A stretch of DNA of 36,691 bases from assembly GCA_947258465.1 (NCBI GenBank), contig CAMYIQ010000006.1, positions 1-36,691 of the forward strand. Direction: 5' to 3'. Under the pieces are notes generated by a model. The model saw only the letters and a list, made by a program, of their open reading frames with translations. It was not told the DNA's origin and made no database searches. This document shows positions 27,579 through 36,582 of this stretch, piece after piece. The position numbers and the translations under genes were made by a program. The number at the start of each line of letters is the position of its first letter. Position 1 is the first letter of the stretch. Source of the stretch: an uncultured Erythrobacter sp. GTDB lineage: Bacteria > Pseudomonadota > Alphaproteobacteria > Sphingomonadales > Sphingomonadaceae.

Positions 27579-28550
27579 ATGCAGGCCAATTTCAGCTACG
27601 AGCCGGTCAGCGATTCTTCCGGCAACCGGCTTTCGGTGACCGTACTGGCGGATCGTGATCATGTTCGCGCCGAAATGCGTGAAGATGCACTGGCGGCCGG
27701 ATTCCGCCTCCTCGAATGCTGTAGTCTGGAAGAGTATGCGCAGGGATCGCTCGCCGCGCTGGGCGATCTGGTGCTGATCGATTGCGGGCAGGCCAGTGCC
27801 GATGCGCTGGCGTTGCTTTCCCGGCTCGACATGCGCGGCGGCAAGGCGGGCGCACAAATGGTGGTTTCGACAACAATGGCCGCGCTCGACAGCGTGTTCG
27901 CCTGCTTTTCCATGTCGTCTCCGCAGATCCTCGTCGATCCCGCGAGGGCCGAACGGGTGATCGCCATTGGCCGGGTGCTGGCGCGCATTTCCAATCTGCG
28001 ATTGCGCGAAATGAGCGAGGAGGACCGGCTCATGCTTTTGCGCCTGACCGAACAGGTCGGTCGAATTGCGGAACGGCTCGAAATGCTCTCACCCGGCCAG
28101 CGCGAAGGGGGCGGGGCGTTCCGCTTCGAAGCTCCGGCCACCGCGTGGCATGGCGAGGGGCAAGACTATACGCCGGAGCATCGGGACGATGACCGTCCCC
28201 GTCTTCCCGATGCTGCCGTTATCCGGCGGTTGATCAAAGCCCGCCAGTTGCGCGCGCGCTATTTCGATGCCGACCAGTTTGCCGATCCGGCCTGGGACAT
28301 TTTGCTCGATCTGGCGGCGGCGCGGGCCGAGCGGCAACAGGTCAGCGTCACCTCGCTATGTATCGCGGCCGGCGTCCCGGCGACGACTGCACTGCGCTGG
28401 ATCGGCCAGATGGTCGATGCCGATCTTCTGGTGCGGGTCTCCGATCCGCACGACCGGCGCCGCGCCTATATCGCTCTGGCCGACAACACCGCCGATGCGA
28501 TGGCCCGCTATTTCGCCGAAGTGCGTGCCGGGGAACTGGCGGTGATCTGA
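27579..28550 (+). CDS. Winged-helix (MarR-like) DNA-binding protein with N-terminal receiver-like region
   Basis: TAAGGAG RBS; C-terminal FADPAWDILLDL..VSVTSLCIAAGVPATTALRWI..DPHDRRRAYIAL. Confidence 0.8.
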   Translation: MQANFSYEPVSDSSGNRLSVTVLADRDHVRAEMREDALAAGFRLLECCSLEEYAQGSLAALGDLVLIDCGQASADALALLSRLDMRGGKAGAQMVVSTTMAALDSVFACFSMSSPQILVDPARAERVIAIGRVLARISNLRLREMSEEDRLMLLRLTEQVGRIAERLEMLSPGQREGGGAFRFEAPATAWHGEGQDYTPEHRDDDRPRLPDAAVIRRLIKARQLRARYFDADQFADPAWDILLDLAAARAERQQVSVTSLCIAAGVPATTALRWIGQMVDADLLVRVSDPHDRRRAYIALADNTADAMARYFAEVRAGELAVI

Positions 28551-29314
28551 TCCAGTCTCAGGATGACGGTCAGGCCGGCTTCCGGCGGCGTGGCGGGAAG
28601 CGCCTTGCGCACCGCATCGGCGCGCGCCCGGATCAGCACTTCCTCGGATATTTGCGGATCGTGCAGTACGGTATCGGCCATGCCCAGCGCGCGGGCCTGA
28701 CGCAATGTCAGCTCCTCGGGATCGTCGCTGGTCAGTGTGAAATCCAGGACTTCGCTCTGTTTGGTCGCGTTTCTCCCGGCCAGCCATTGCTGCACCGTCC
28801 CGGCTTCGGGGTTCGCGAATGGATCGAGCGCGCCCCCTTCCTGCAAAGCGGTGTCGATCGCCCGTCGCCGCGCATTGCCATCGGGGAAGCGGGCACGGAT
28901 GGCATCGCGCGCTGCTGCCAATGCCGTCGCCAGCATTCCCAGCGATTGCGGCAGGATCGCCTCCAGCCGCAGGCGCAGATGCTTGGCCAGCCCGGCCGAG
29001 GCACCGCCCGTGCTTACCGCCACCAGCACCGGATCGCGGTCGAGCACGCTCGGCAGTGTGAAATCGCACAAATCGGGCCGGTCGGCGACGTTTACCAGCA
29101 GCCCCGCGCGCTTGAGCCGCAAAGCGGCGGCCTCTGCGGCCCGGCTGTCCTCCAGCGCAACGAAAGCGATCATGGCATGATGGGCTTCGGTTTCGGGGCA
29201 GGGCAGGCCCCCGGACCGCTCCACCAGCCGGGCCTTCGCCGCGGCCATGTCGCCCGTCCCCACGACCACCACGCGTTTTCCGCGGATGCGGTGGAAGAGG
29301 GGAAGGCTATGCAT
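28508..29314 (-). CDS. cysG: Precorrin-2 dehydrogenase/sirohydrochlorin ferrochelatase (CysG N-terminal module)
   Basis: LPLFHRIRGKRVVVVGTG, LVNVADRPDLCDFTLPS, VAVSTGGASAGLA; only a stub of the methyltransferase domain follows. Confidence 0.8.
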   Translation of the reverse strand: MHSLPLFHRIRGKRVVVVGTGDMAAAKARLVERSGGLPCPETEAHHAMIAFVALEDSRAAEAAALRLKRAGLLVNVADRPDLCDFTLPSVLDRDPVLVAVSTGGASAGLAKHLRLRLEAILPQSLGMLATALAAARDAIRARFPDGNARRRAIDTALQEGGALDPFANPEAGTVQQWLAGRNATKQSEVLDFTLTSDDPEELTLRQARALGMADTVLHDPQISEEVLIRARADAVRKALPATPPEAGLTVILRLDQITASSPARTSAK

Positions 29315-29326
29315 GACGCCCGCGCA

Positions 29327-30589
29327 TCAGCCGAGCCATTCCGGAACGCGCTCTGCGTCCATGATCGCACCGGCCGCGATCCGGTCGGCGACCACGGCGT
29401 AGCGATCGCCGTCAACCAGCGCTTCCGCCACGAAACCGCGCGAATTGTAAGACGAGGCCATGGTCGCGCCATAAGCTCCTGCAGTGCGAAACACCGCCAG
29501 GTCTCCAGCTACCAGGGAATCGCATTCGCGGTCCATGGCAAAGGTATCGCCCGTTTCGCAGATCGGGCCGACGATATGCGCGGTCATTTTCTCGCCTGTG
29601 GGCTCCACCGCTTCGAAATCGTGCCAGGCGCCGTACATGGCGGGGCGCGCAAGGTCGTTCATGGCCGCATCGACGACAACGAAAGGAGGCCCGTTTCCAC
29701 TGCGTTTCGAGCGGATCACGCGGGTTAGCAATATGCCCGCATTGCCGGCGATCACGCGGCCGGGTTCGAACATCAGGCGGACATTCCAGCCCTTGGTGAC
29801 GCGCGCCACCATCGCCCCGTAATCGGCCGGAGCGGGCAGTGTCTCGCCCGCCTTGTAGGGTACGCCAAGCCCGCCGCCGAGATCGGCGTGGGTCACCGTG
29901 CAACCCTTTTCGCGCAGTTCGGCAATCAGCGTGCCGACCTTGACGAAAGCGGTCTCCAGCGGCTCCAGCGAGGAAAGCTGACTGCCGATATGCACCGCAA
30001 TACCGCGCATATCGAGGCCGTCTTCGCCCGCCAGCCGCGCGTAGATTTCCGCCGCGCGGTCGAGCGGAACGCCAAACTTGTTCTCGCGCTTGCCGGTCGA
30101 AATCTTTTCGTGGGTGCGCGCATCGACATCGGGATTGACCCGCAGCGCACAGGCCGCGCGCTTGCCCTGCCGTGCAGCGATGGCGGAAAGTTCGTACCCT
30201 TCTTCCTCGCTCTCGATATTGAACTGGCCGATCCCTTCATCGAGACCTTGCTGCAATTCGGCATGGGTCTTGCCGACGCCCGAAAACACGATGTCTTCCG
30301 GCTTCATTCCGGCCTTGAGCGCACGGGTCAGTTCCCCGCCCGAAACCACATCCGCGCCGTAACCCTCGTTGGCGAGGATCTTGAGTACGGCGAGGTTCGG
30401 ATTGGCCTTCACCGCAAAGGCGATATGCGGATTGTCGAGGCTGGAAAGCGCTTCGCGGAACACGCGTGCGTGCCGTTCCAGCGTGGCGCGCGAATAGACA
30501 TAGACGGGGGTCCCCACTTCCTCGGCAATGCGCGGCAGGGGAACGTCTTCGGCGTACAGCACGCCGTCTCGAGGCTGGAAATGATCCAT
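29327..30589 (-). CDS. lysA: Diaminopimelate decarboxylase
   Basis: FAVKANPN (PLP lysine), DVVSGGEL, HIGSQL, DLGGGLG, EPGR, GPICETGD, GAYGATMASSYNSR. Confidence 0.97.
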   Translation of the reverse strand: MDHFQPRDGVLYAEDVPLPRIAEEVGTPVYVYSRATLERHARVFREALSSLDNPHIAFAVKANPNLAVLKILANEGYGADVVSGGELTRALKAGMKPEDIVFSGVGKTHAELQQGLDEGIGQFNIESEEEGYELSAIAARQGKRAACALRVNPDVDARTHEKISTGKRENKFGVPLDRAAEIYARLAGEDGLDMRGIAVHIGSQLSSLEPLETAFVKVGTLIAELREKGCTVTHADLGGGLGVPYKAGETLPAPADYGAMVARVTKGWNVRLMFEPGRVIAGNAGILLTRVIRSKRSGNGPPFVVVDAAMNDLARPAMYGAWHDFEAVEPTGEKMTAHIVGPICETGDTFAMDRECDSLVAGDLAVFRTAGAYGATMASSYNSRGFVAEALVDGDRYAVVADRIAAGAIMDAERVPEWLG

Positions 30590-30650
30590 GCGCGCGCCTG
30601 TGCCCAAAGGCCGCGCCTATGTCGAGCAAGGCTTGCTTGTTATGTTGAAA

Positions 30651-30887
30651 TCACTCGGGCGGGAGGTCGAAGGGATCGTCTTCGCGTTCTTCCGATCGGG
30701 TGCGCAATTCGACATTGCGGGCGGGCGCTGCCTCGGGATCGAGCACGAGGAGCTCATCGGCATCGGGCTGCACCTCCGCGCCATAGGGAGCCGGGGGCAG
30801 GGAGGCGCCTTCGACGGGTTTCAGCGGGGCTTTTTGCCCGCAAGCGCCCAGCATCAGGGCAGCGACAAGTGTGACCCGGTAACGCAT
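30651..30887 (-). CDS. Small lipoprotein, LppL/LptM(YifL)-like
   Basis: Lipobox LGAC followed by GQKAPLKP; coupled to argH (TGATG) and directly upstream of lysA. Confidence 0.75.
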   Translation of the reverse strand: MRYRVTLVAALMLGACGQKAPLKPVEGASLPPAPYGAEVQPDADELLVLDPEAAPARNVELRTRSEEREDDPFDLPPE

Positions 30888-32263
30888 CAATCCTCCATCC
30901 CGAGGCGCTGCTTCGCCGCGGCAACTTGCTGCCTTACGCGAACCGGCGCGGTGCCGCCATAGGATGCGCGCGCGGCGACCGAGGCATCGACCGAAAGCGC
31001 GTCGAACACACGCTCGTCGATGCGCTTGTCGATTCCCTTGAGGTCATTGATCGTCAGTCCGTCGAGTGCGACCCCCTTCTCGTCCGCCAGCTTGACCGCC
31101 GCGCCGGTAATGTGATGCGCTTCGCGGAATGGGATATCGGCCTGACGAACCAGCCAGTCGGCGAGGTCGGTCGCGGTCGCGTGCCCCGCCTCGGCGGCCT
31201 TGCGCATGCGGGCGGTATCGAACCCGCTATCGGCCACCATGCCCGCCATGGCGGCCAGGCTCAGGTCGAGCAGGCCCGCGGCTTCGAACACCGGCGGCTT
31301 GTCGTCCTGCATGTCCTTCGAATAGGCGAGCGGCAGACCCTTCATCGTCACCATCAGCGATGTCGCGCAGCCGATCACGCGCCCGGCATGGCCGCGCACC
31401 AGCTCGGCGGCGTCGGGATTGCGTTTCTGCGGCATGATCGAACTGCCGGTCGAGAGCGTATCGGGCAGCTCGACGAAACCGAAGGGCTGGCTCGCCCAGA
31501 TGATGAATTCTTCCGCCAGCCGGCTAAGGTGGAGCGAACACTGGCTCGCCGCCATCAGGTAATCGAGCGCGAAATCGCGGTCGGATACGGCGTCGAGGCT
31601 GTTGCGCGTAGGCCGCGCAAAACCCAGCGCTTCGGCAGTCATCTCGCGGTCGAGATCGAAGCCGGTCCCGGCCAGCGCCGCCGAGCCGAGCGGACATTCG
31701 TCCATCCGTGCCAGCGCATCGGCAAAGCGTGAACGGTCGCGCATCAGCATCTCGAAATAGGCGAGCAGGTGATGGCCCAGCGTGACCGGCTGGGCGGTCT
31801 GCAAATGCGTGAAGCCGGGCATGATGCTGTCGGCATGTTCCTCCGCCCGGGCGACCAGCGCGCCAAGCACGGCGTCGATCCCGGCCACGGCGCGTTGCAT
31901 GGCGCTGCGCGTCCACATGCGGAAATCGGTTGCCACTTGGTCGTTGCGGCTGCGCGCAGTGTGAAGGCGCCCGGCGACCGGTCCGACGATTTCGGTCAAC
32001 CGCGCTTCCACGGACATGTGGATGTCTTCCAGGTCCCAGTCCTCGGGTACCCCGTCGCGTTCATATTCGGCGGCGATTTGCTGCAGGCCCTCGTCGATCG
32101 CCCGGGCATCGGCTTCGCTCACGATGCCCTGTTTGGCCAGCATGGCGACATGCGCGCGGCTGCCCGCTAGATCCTCGCGCCAGAGCGCCTTGTCGAAGGG
32201 GATCGAGGCGTTGATTTCGCGCATGATCGCGCTAGGCCCCTCGGCGAACCTGCCGCCCCACAT
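30887..32263 (-). CDS. argH: Argininosuccinate lyase
   Basis: [54 protein letters not shown]. An alternative GTG start exists at 32299. Confidence 0.97.
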   Translation of the reverse strand: MWGGRFAEGPSAIMREINASIPFDKALWREDLAGSRAHVAMLAKQGIVSEADARAIDEGLQQIAAEYERDGVPEDWDLEDIHMSVEARLTEIVGPVAGRLHTARSRNDQVATDFRMWTRSAMQRAVAGIDAVLGALVARAEEHADSIMPGFTHLQTAQPVTLGHHLLAYFEMLMRDRSRFADALARMDECPLGSAALAGTGFDLDREMTAEALGFARPTRNSLDAVSDRDFALDYLMAASQCSLHLSRLAEEFIIWASQPFGFVELPDTLSTGSSIMPQKRNPDAAELVRGHAGRVIGCATSLMVTMKGLPLAYSKDMQDDKPPVFEAAGLLDLSLAAMAGMVADSGFDTARMRKAAEAGHATATDLADWLVRQADIPFREAHHITGAAVKLADEKGVALDGLTINDLKGIDKRIDERVFDALSVDASVAARASYGGTAPVRVRQQVAAAKQRLGMED

Positions 32264-32279
32264 CGAATTGGAGCCCGTC

Positions 32280-32837
32280 GTGTCCCGCTTGTCGTTCACG
32301 CTTGCAATTGTCCTCGGTTTTGCTGTCGCCGCTTGCGATAGGGACATGCCCGAACAGGCGCAAGAAAGCAGCGCTTCACCCGCGCCAACCGGCCGGATCG
32401 ACGCCAGCGAGGCGGGCACGCTGATGCCTGCGGCCAATGTCGCCGATCCGCAAGGGCGCATGCTCAATCTCGGCGCGTTGCAGGGCATGCCGGTACTGGT
32501 GAATCTCTGGGCCACCTGGTGCGCGCCTTGCGTCAAGGAAATGCCGTTGCTCGACGAGCTGGCAAGCGAATATGAAGGGCGGCTGCGGGTCTTGACGGTG
32601 AGCCAGGACATGCAAGGGGCAGACAAGGTCGAACCGTTCTTCGCGAAGGCCGGTTATGCCATGCTCGAACCGTGGATGGACCCGCAGAACGAGCTCGGCT
32701 TCGCCATTGGCGGCGGAATGATGCCGACCACGGTGCTTTACGATTCGGCGGGCCGGGAAATCTGGCGCGTGCAGGGTGACTATGATTGGTCGTCCGAGGA
32801 AGCGCGCGCGGCCATCGACGCGGCTATCGCCGAATAA
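32280..32837 (+). CDS. tlpA: TlpA-family thioredoxin-like lipoprotein
   Basis: GGAG RBS, GTG start, lipobox [28 protein letters not shown]. Confidence 0.85.
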   Translation: MSRLSFTLAIVLGFAVAACDRDMPEQAQESSASPAPTGRIDASEAGTLMPAANVADPQGRMLNLGALQGMPVLVNLWATWCAPCVKEMPLLDELASEYEGRLRVLTVSQDMQGADKVEPFFAKAGYAMLEPWMDPQNELGFAIGGGMMPTTVLYDSAGREIWRVQGDYDWSSEEARAAIDAAIAE

Positions 32838-34120
32838 TTCGGCAACTCGAGGCCGAGCATCGGGAGCGGGAAGCCGAACAATCCGCTCATGAGCTGCGCC
32901 TGCAAACGAGCGACGGGGCCGAAGCGGGAGAGCGGTGCGACGATGCGGTCGCGCAGCCAGGGCCACAGTGCCTCGTCCGACTGGAACAGCGGGGTGAAGG
33001 CATAGGTCACCGCCTGGTAGAGGTCGACATGGTCGCGCCGCCAGCTTGCCGACAGGCGCAGCCCCTCGCGCAAACAACGCCCTTCGCGCAGGCCCGCAGC
33101 AAGGCCCCAGGCATCGAGCAGCGCCATGTTGGCGCCCTGACCTAGCTGCGGGCTGGCCGAGTGCCAGGCATCGCCGATCCGCACCAGCCGTTCGCGGTAG
33201 GGGCGGTGGGCGCTACGATGGGCATAGCGCGCGAAGGTCAGGTCGTCGTGCGAAGCGATTCGGTCGAGCAGGAAATCGATCTCGGGCCAGAGATCGAGGA
33301 CCTGAGCCTTCCAGCGGTCTATGGGTGTATCGTACCAGCGCGCATGATCCTCGCGCCTCAATGACCAGAAAAAGGCCACCTCCTGCGGCAGCCCGTCTCC
33401 GCGCGATCCGATGGGCAGCACGCCAGCCATTTGCGAGGCGCGGCGATAGCGTTGTTCGAGCAGGTTCTTCTCATGAGGATCGCCCGGTTCGACCGGGATG
33501 GTCGCCCACAGCGCGCCGAAAGGCAGCAAGCCGTGGCTCTCGCCGAATTCGATGCGCGAGGCCCACCCGCTGGCATCGACCACCAAGTCGAAGCGGTCCG
33601 ACTGGCTGCCATCCGCGAAGACGAGCACGCGCGAGGCTCCCTCAGGCCTTGTATCGCGCACCTCGTGCCCAGTGCGGATCGCAATACCCGCCGCCTGCAC
33701 CTGCTCGTAGAGCACGCCGAACAGGCTCGCGCGGTGGATGCCGATGCCGAAAGCTTCGCCTCTGCCCAGCTTGGCATAGGGCGCATCGAGCGCGGTACGG
33801 CTCTGTTCCTGCTTGCCGAACAGGGCATCGATCCGCGCGCCCCGAGACGCCGTTTTATGGGCAAGACCCATCGCATGCAGCACCGCCATTCCGGAAGGTT
33901 GCAGCATAAGACCCGAGCCGAGCGGCTTGGGTGCATCGAAGCGCTCGAAAAGCGTGACCGTATGGCCTTCGGTGTACAGCAGCAATGCCGCCGCAAGCCC
34001 GGCCGGGCCGCACCCGATGATTGCGATGTCGTAGGTCTGGCGGATACCCCCTCCCGCACGTCCTTCCCGCAGACGGTCTAGCGGCCCTTCGCATGTGCTC
34101 GGGAGTTTTCGGCCGATCAT
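32780..34120 (-). CDS. FAD-dependent monooxygenase/oxidoreductase (true start probably near 34045)
   Basis: DIAIIGCGPAGL, FERF, IHRASL, FDLVVDASG, IGDAWHSASPQLGQGANMALLDA. Confidence 0.88.
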   Translation of the reverse strand: MIGRKLPSTCEGPLDRLREGRAGGGIRQTYDIAIIGCGPAGLAAALLLYTEGHTVTLFERFDAPKPLGSGLMLQPSGMAVLHAMGLAHKTASRGARIDALFGKQEQSRTALDAPYAKLGRGEAFGIGIHRASLFGVLYEQVQAAGIAIRTGHEVRDTRPEGASRVLVFADGSQSDRFDLVVDASGWASRIEFGESHGLLPFGALWATIPVEPGDPHEKNLLEQRYRRASQMAGVLPIGSRGDGLPQEVAFFWSLRREDHARWYDTPIDRWKAQVLDLWPEIDFLLDRIASHDDLTFARYAHRSAHRPYRERLVRIGDAWHSASPQLGQGANMALLDAWGLAAGLREGRCLREGLRLSASWRRDHVDLYQAVTYAFTPLFQSDEALWPWLRDRIVAPLSRFGPVARLQAQLMSGLFGFPLPMLGLELPNYSAIAASMAARASSDDQS

Positions 34121-34151
34121 GTCCCCCGGACATGATCGAGTTCCGAAAACT
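34104..34151 (-). other. Long stem-loop directly 3' of tRNA-Val
   Basis: AGTTTTCGG..CGATCATGTCC-CCC-GGACATGATCG..CCGAAAACT. Confidence 0.6.
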
Positions 34152-34226
34152 GGTGGGCGATGACAGGCTCGAACTGCCGACCCTCTCGGTGTAAACGAGA
34201 TGCTCTACCAACTGAGCTAATCGCCC
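34151..34226 (-). tRNA. tRNA-Val(TAC)
   Basis: Reverse complement GGGCGATTAGCTCAGTTGGTAGAGCATCTCG-TTTACAC-CGAGAGGGTCGGCAGTTCGAGCCTGTCATCGCCCACCA. Confidence 0.97.
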
Positions 34227-34326
34227 CAACCACGGGAACCGCCATGTCGGCGGTGTGCTGCACATAGCGTCCAATTCTTCAAAATCAATTGCCGAGTTTG
34301 CATTGGCGGCGCTAGGCCGCTGAGCC

Positions 34327-35304
34327 ATGACCACCAAGCTCACCGTCCTCGCCACCGGCGGCACGATCGCCGGGATCGCCGGGTCCGCCATTGCGCATGA
34401 TTATCGCGCGGGTGAAATCGGGATCGAGGATTATCTCGAGCGCGTTGGCGGGCTGGGGCTCGAGGCCGAACTTTCGGGCACGCAGATCGCCAATATCGAT
34501 TCGGCGGATATCGGGCCGGACACCTGGCTTTCGCTGCATGTCGCCGCGCTGGCCGCGCTGGCGGACGGGGATTGCCAGGGCATTATCGTCACCCATGGCA
34601 CCGACACGCTGGAGGAAACCGCTTTCCTGCTCGACCTGACGCTCCCCGCGACCAAGCCGGTGGTGGTGGTCGGCGCGATGCGGCCGGCCGATGCGGTCGG
34701 CTACGACGGGCTGAGGAACTTCGCCAATGCCGTGCGCGTGGCAAGCGATCCGGAAGCAGCCGGGCGCGGGGTGCTGGTGGTGATGGGCGACCGCGTGTTC
34801 GCCGCGCGCGACGTGCGCAAAGTGCGCACGCGCGGGACCGAGGCGTTTCGCGGCTTTCCGCGCGAATCGGTCGGGCTTGTCACGCCCGCCTCGCTCGAAT
34901 GGTTCGGCGCGCCCTGGCGCAGCGGGACCGAGGCCGCTTTCGCCTGGCCCCCGACACTGCCCGAAGTGGTTGTCGTCTTCGCCCATGCGGGGCTGGGTGG
35001 CGCCAGCGTGAGGCGACAGGTCGGCGACGATACGCGCGGCGTGGTGGTCGCCGGCGTGGGCGAGGGCAATATGCCCGAGAGTGCCCGGCAGGCGCTGGTC
35101 AAGTTCGCCCGTCGCGGCATCCCCGTGGTTCGTGCAAGCCGCGCCGACGAGGGCCTTGTAGACCGCGAGCCGGAGGATACGGCAAGCGGTTTCATCGCCG
35201 CGCGCGCGCTCAACCCGCAAAAGGCGCGCATCCTGCTGCAAGTGCTGCTGGCGAGCGGGACAAGCGATCCTGCCGCCATCCAGTGTGAGTTCGACGGACG
35301 CTAG
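34327..35304 (+). CDS. Asparaginase/glutaminase family protein (no signal peptide)
   Basis: LATGGTIAG, THGTDTLEETA, VGAMRP, GVGEGN, LNPQKARILL. Confidence 0.92.
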   Translation: MTTKLTVLATGGTIAGIAGSAIAHDYRAGEIGIEDYLERVGGLGLEAELSGTQIANIDSADIGPDTWLSLHVAALAALADGDCQGIIVTHGTDTLEETAFLLDLTLPATKPVVVVGAMRPADAVGYDGLRNFANAVRVASDPEAAGRGVLVVMGDRVFAARDVRKVRTRGTEAFRGFPRESVGLVTPASLEWFGAPWRSGTEAAFAWPPTLPEVVVVFAHAGLGGASVRRQVGDDTRGVVVAGVGEGNMPESARQALVKFARRGIPVVRASRADEGLVDREPEDTASGFIAARALNPQKARILLQVLLASGTSDPAAIQCEFDGR

Positions 35305-35311
35305 CGCATCT

Positions 35312-35385
35312 GTGTCCTAGCGAAGGCTGGGACCTCGCTCAAGGAAGCGCCAAGCCGAGGGAGGCCCCAGCCTTCGCTGGGGCCC
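35312..35385. repeat. Degenerate REP-like double-hairpin element, copy 3; likely terminator role between convergent genes
   Basis: GTCCTAGC-GAAG-GCTGGGACCTC ... GAGGCCCCAGC-CTTC-GCTGGGGC. Confidence 0.7.
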
Positions 35386-35391
35386 GAGGAT

Positions 35392-36510
35392 TTATGCGTT
35401 CGGCACGACCAGATATTTCTCGCCGGTCTTCATCTGGCGATAGTCGAGAATCGCATCCCTGGTCAGCATGCCTTCCAGATCGACCTTGGTCTTGTAGCTG
35501 CTGGCAAAGGTGGTGGTGAGGTTGTCGAGCACGCGCTTGCGCATCCGCATCACCGTGTCCATGCCCGCCTGTTGCAGGAACGGGGTCAGCAACCAGCCCG
35601 ACAGCGTCCAGCCGAAGCCGTAGGAAGGCGTCAGCGTGGTCGGCGAGAAGTCGAGGCGGCCATAGATAAACATGCGCTTCGCCTGGTTCGAACCGTAGCG
35701 CGAATATTCGGTCATCTTCGAAACCGCGACCTGTTCCATCGCCTTGAAGCAGGTATCGACCATCTGCCCGCCGCCGATCGGATCGAAGCCGTAAAAGGCA
35801 TCGGTCTCGTCGATGGTCGCCTTGAGATTGGCGAAGAAGTTCTCGTCCGAGGAATTGACCACATGCTTTGCGCCAAGCCCTTCCAGCAGGTCGACATGCT
35901 CCTGCTTGCGCACGATGTTGACCAGCTCGAGCCCGTCTTCCTGGCAGATCCTGACCAGCATCTGGCCAAGGTTCGATGCGCCGACCGTGTGCAGGATCGC
36001 CTTCTGGCCATCCATCTTCGCATTTTCGGCGAAACCCAGCGCGGTCATCGGATTGACGAAGCTCGATGCACCGGCCTCGGCGCTGTGATCGCCCAGCGGC
36101 AGACACATGGCGGCATCGGCAATGGCGTATTCGGCATAGGCGCTGCCCGGCACGCAGGCGACGCGCTGGCCCATCAGCGCCTTGGCCATATCGCTATCGC
36201 CCGTGGCGACGACGGTGCCGGCGCCTTCATTGCCTGCAGGCAGACGCTGGCCGTGGCGCGCCTTCTGGCCGCTATTGAACGGTTCGGGCATCTTGGCGAC
36301 GACCTTGCCGGGCGAATACTCGGCATTCTCGAAATCGGCCGCGCCGGTCAGGATCGCAAGGTCCGACGGATTGATCGGTGCCGCTTCCATCTTGACCAGT
36401 ACCTGATTGCCCGTGGGGTCGGGAAATTCGCTGTTGGCGATCTCGACCGTCAGCGTACCGTTGCTTTCAAGAGTGGTAAAAAGCTGCTTTCCGGTAGTCG
36501 GCATGTCCAT
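35392..36510 (-). CDS. MDR-superfamily NAD(P)H-dependent oxidoreductase (quinone/enoyl reductase-like)
   Basis: MEAAPINPSD, GNEGAGTVV, FVNPMTAL, HTVGASNLGQM, FDPIGGG, TGEKYLV; GGGAG RBS. Confidence 0.88.
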   Translation of the reverse strand: MDMPTTGKQLFTTLESNGTLTVEIANSEFPDPTGNQVLVKMEAAPINPSDLAILTGAADFENAEYSPGKVVAKMPEPFNSGQKARHGQRLPAGNEGAGTVVATGDSDMAKALMGQRVACVPGSAYAEYAIADAAMCLPLGDHSAEAGASSFVNPMTALGFAENAKMDGQKAILHTVGASNLGQMLVRICQEDGLELVNIVRKQEHVDLLEGLGAKHVVNSSDENFFANLKATIDETDAFYGFDPIGGGQMVDTCFKAMEQVAVSKMTEYSRYGSNQAKRMFIYGRLDFSPTTLTPSYGFGWTLSGWLLTPFLQQAGMDTVMRMRKRVLDNLTTTFASSYKTKVDLEGMLTRDAILDYRQMKTGEKYLVVPNA

Positions 36511-36582
36511 TCTCCCTATTCGAATCCGGTTTACGGAGCATCGCTACGCCTCTCCCGCACGCTTGGCTAGAGCGACGTTACG

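Noticed and set aside
32264-32626. N-terminal extensions in the ORF track for argH, and likewise for ftsA, serC, GST, murB, the anti-sigma and the lipoprotein
   Set aside because: They overlap neighbouring genes, terminators or promoters. Family homology, RBS position and stop/start coupling support the shorter starts given.
32780-32837. 58-nt convergent overlap of tlpA and the FAD-oxidoreductase as a functional dual-coding region
   Set aside because: The overlapping oxidoreductase tail lies beyond the recognisable domain motifs and most simply reflects stop-codon drift in a compact genome.
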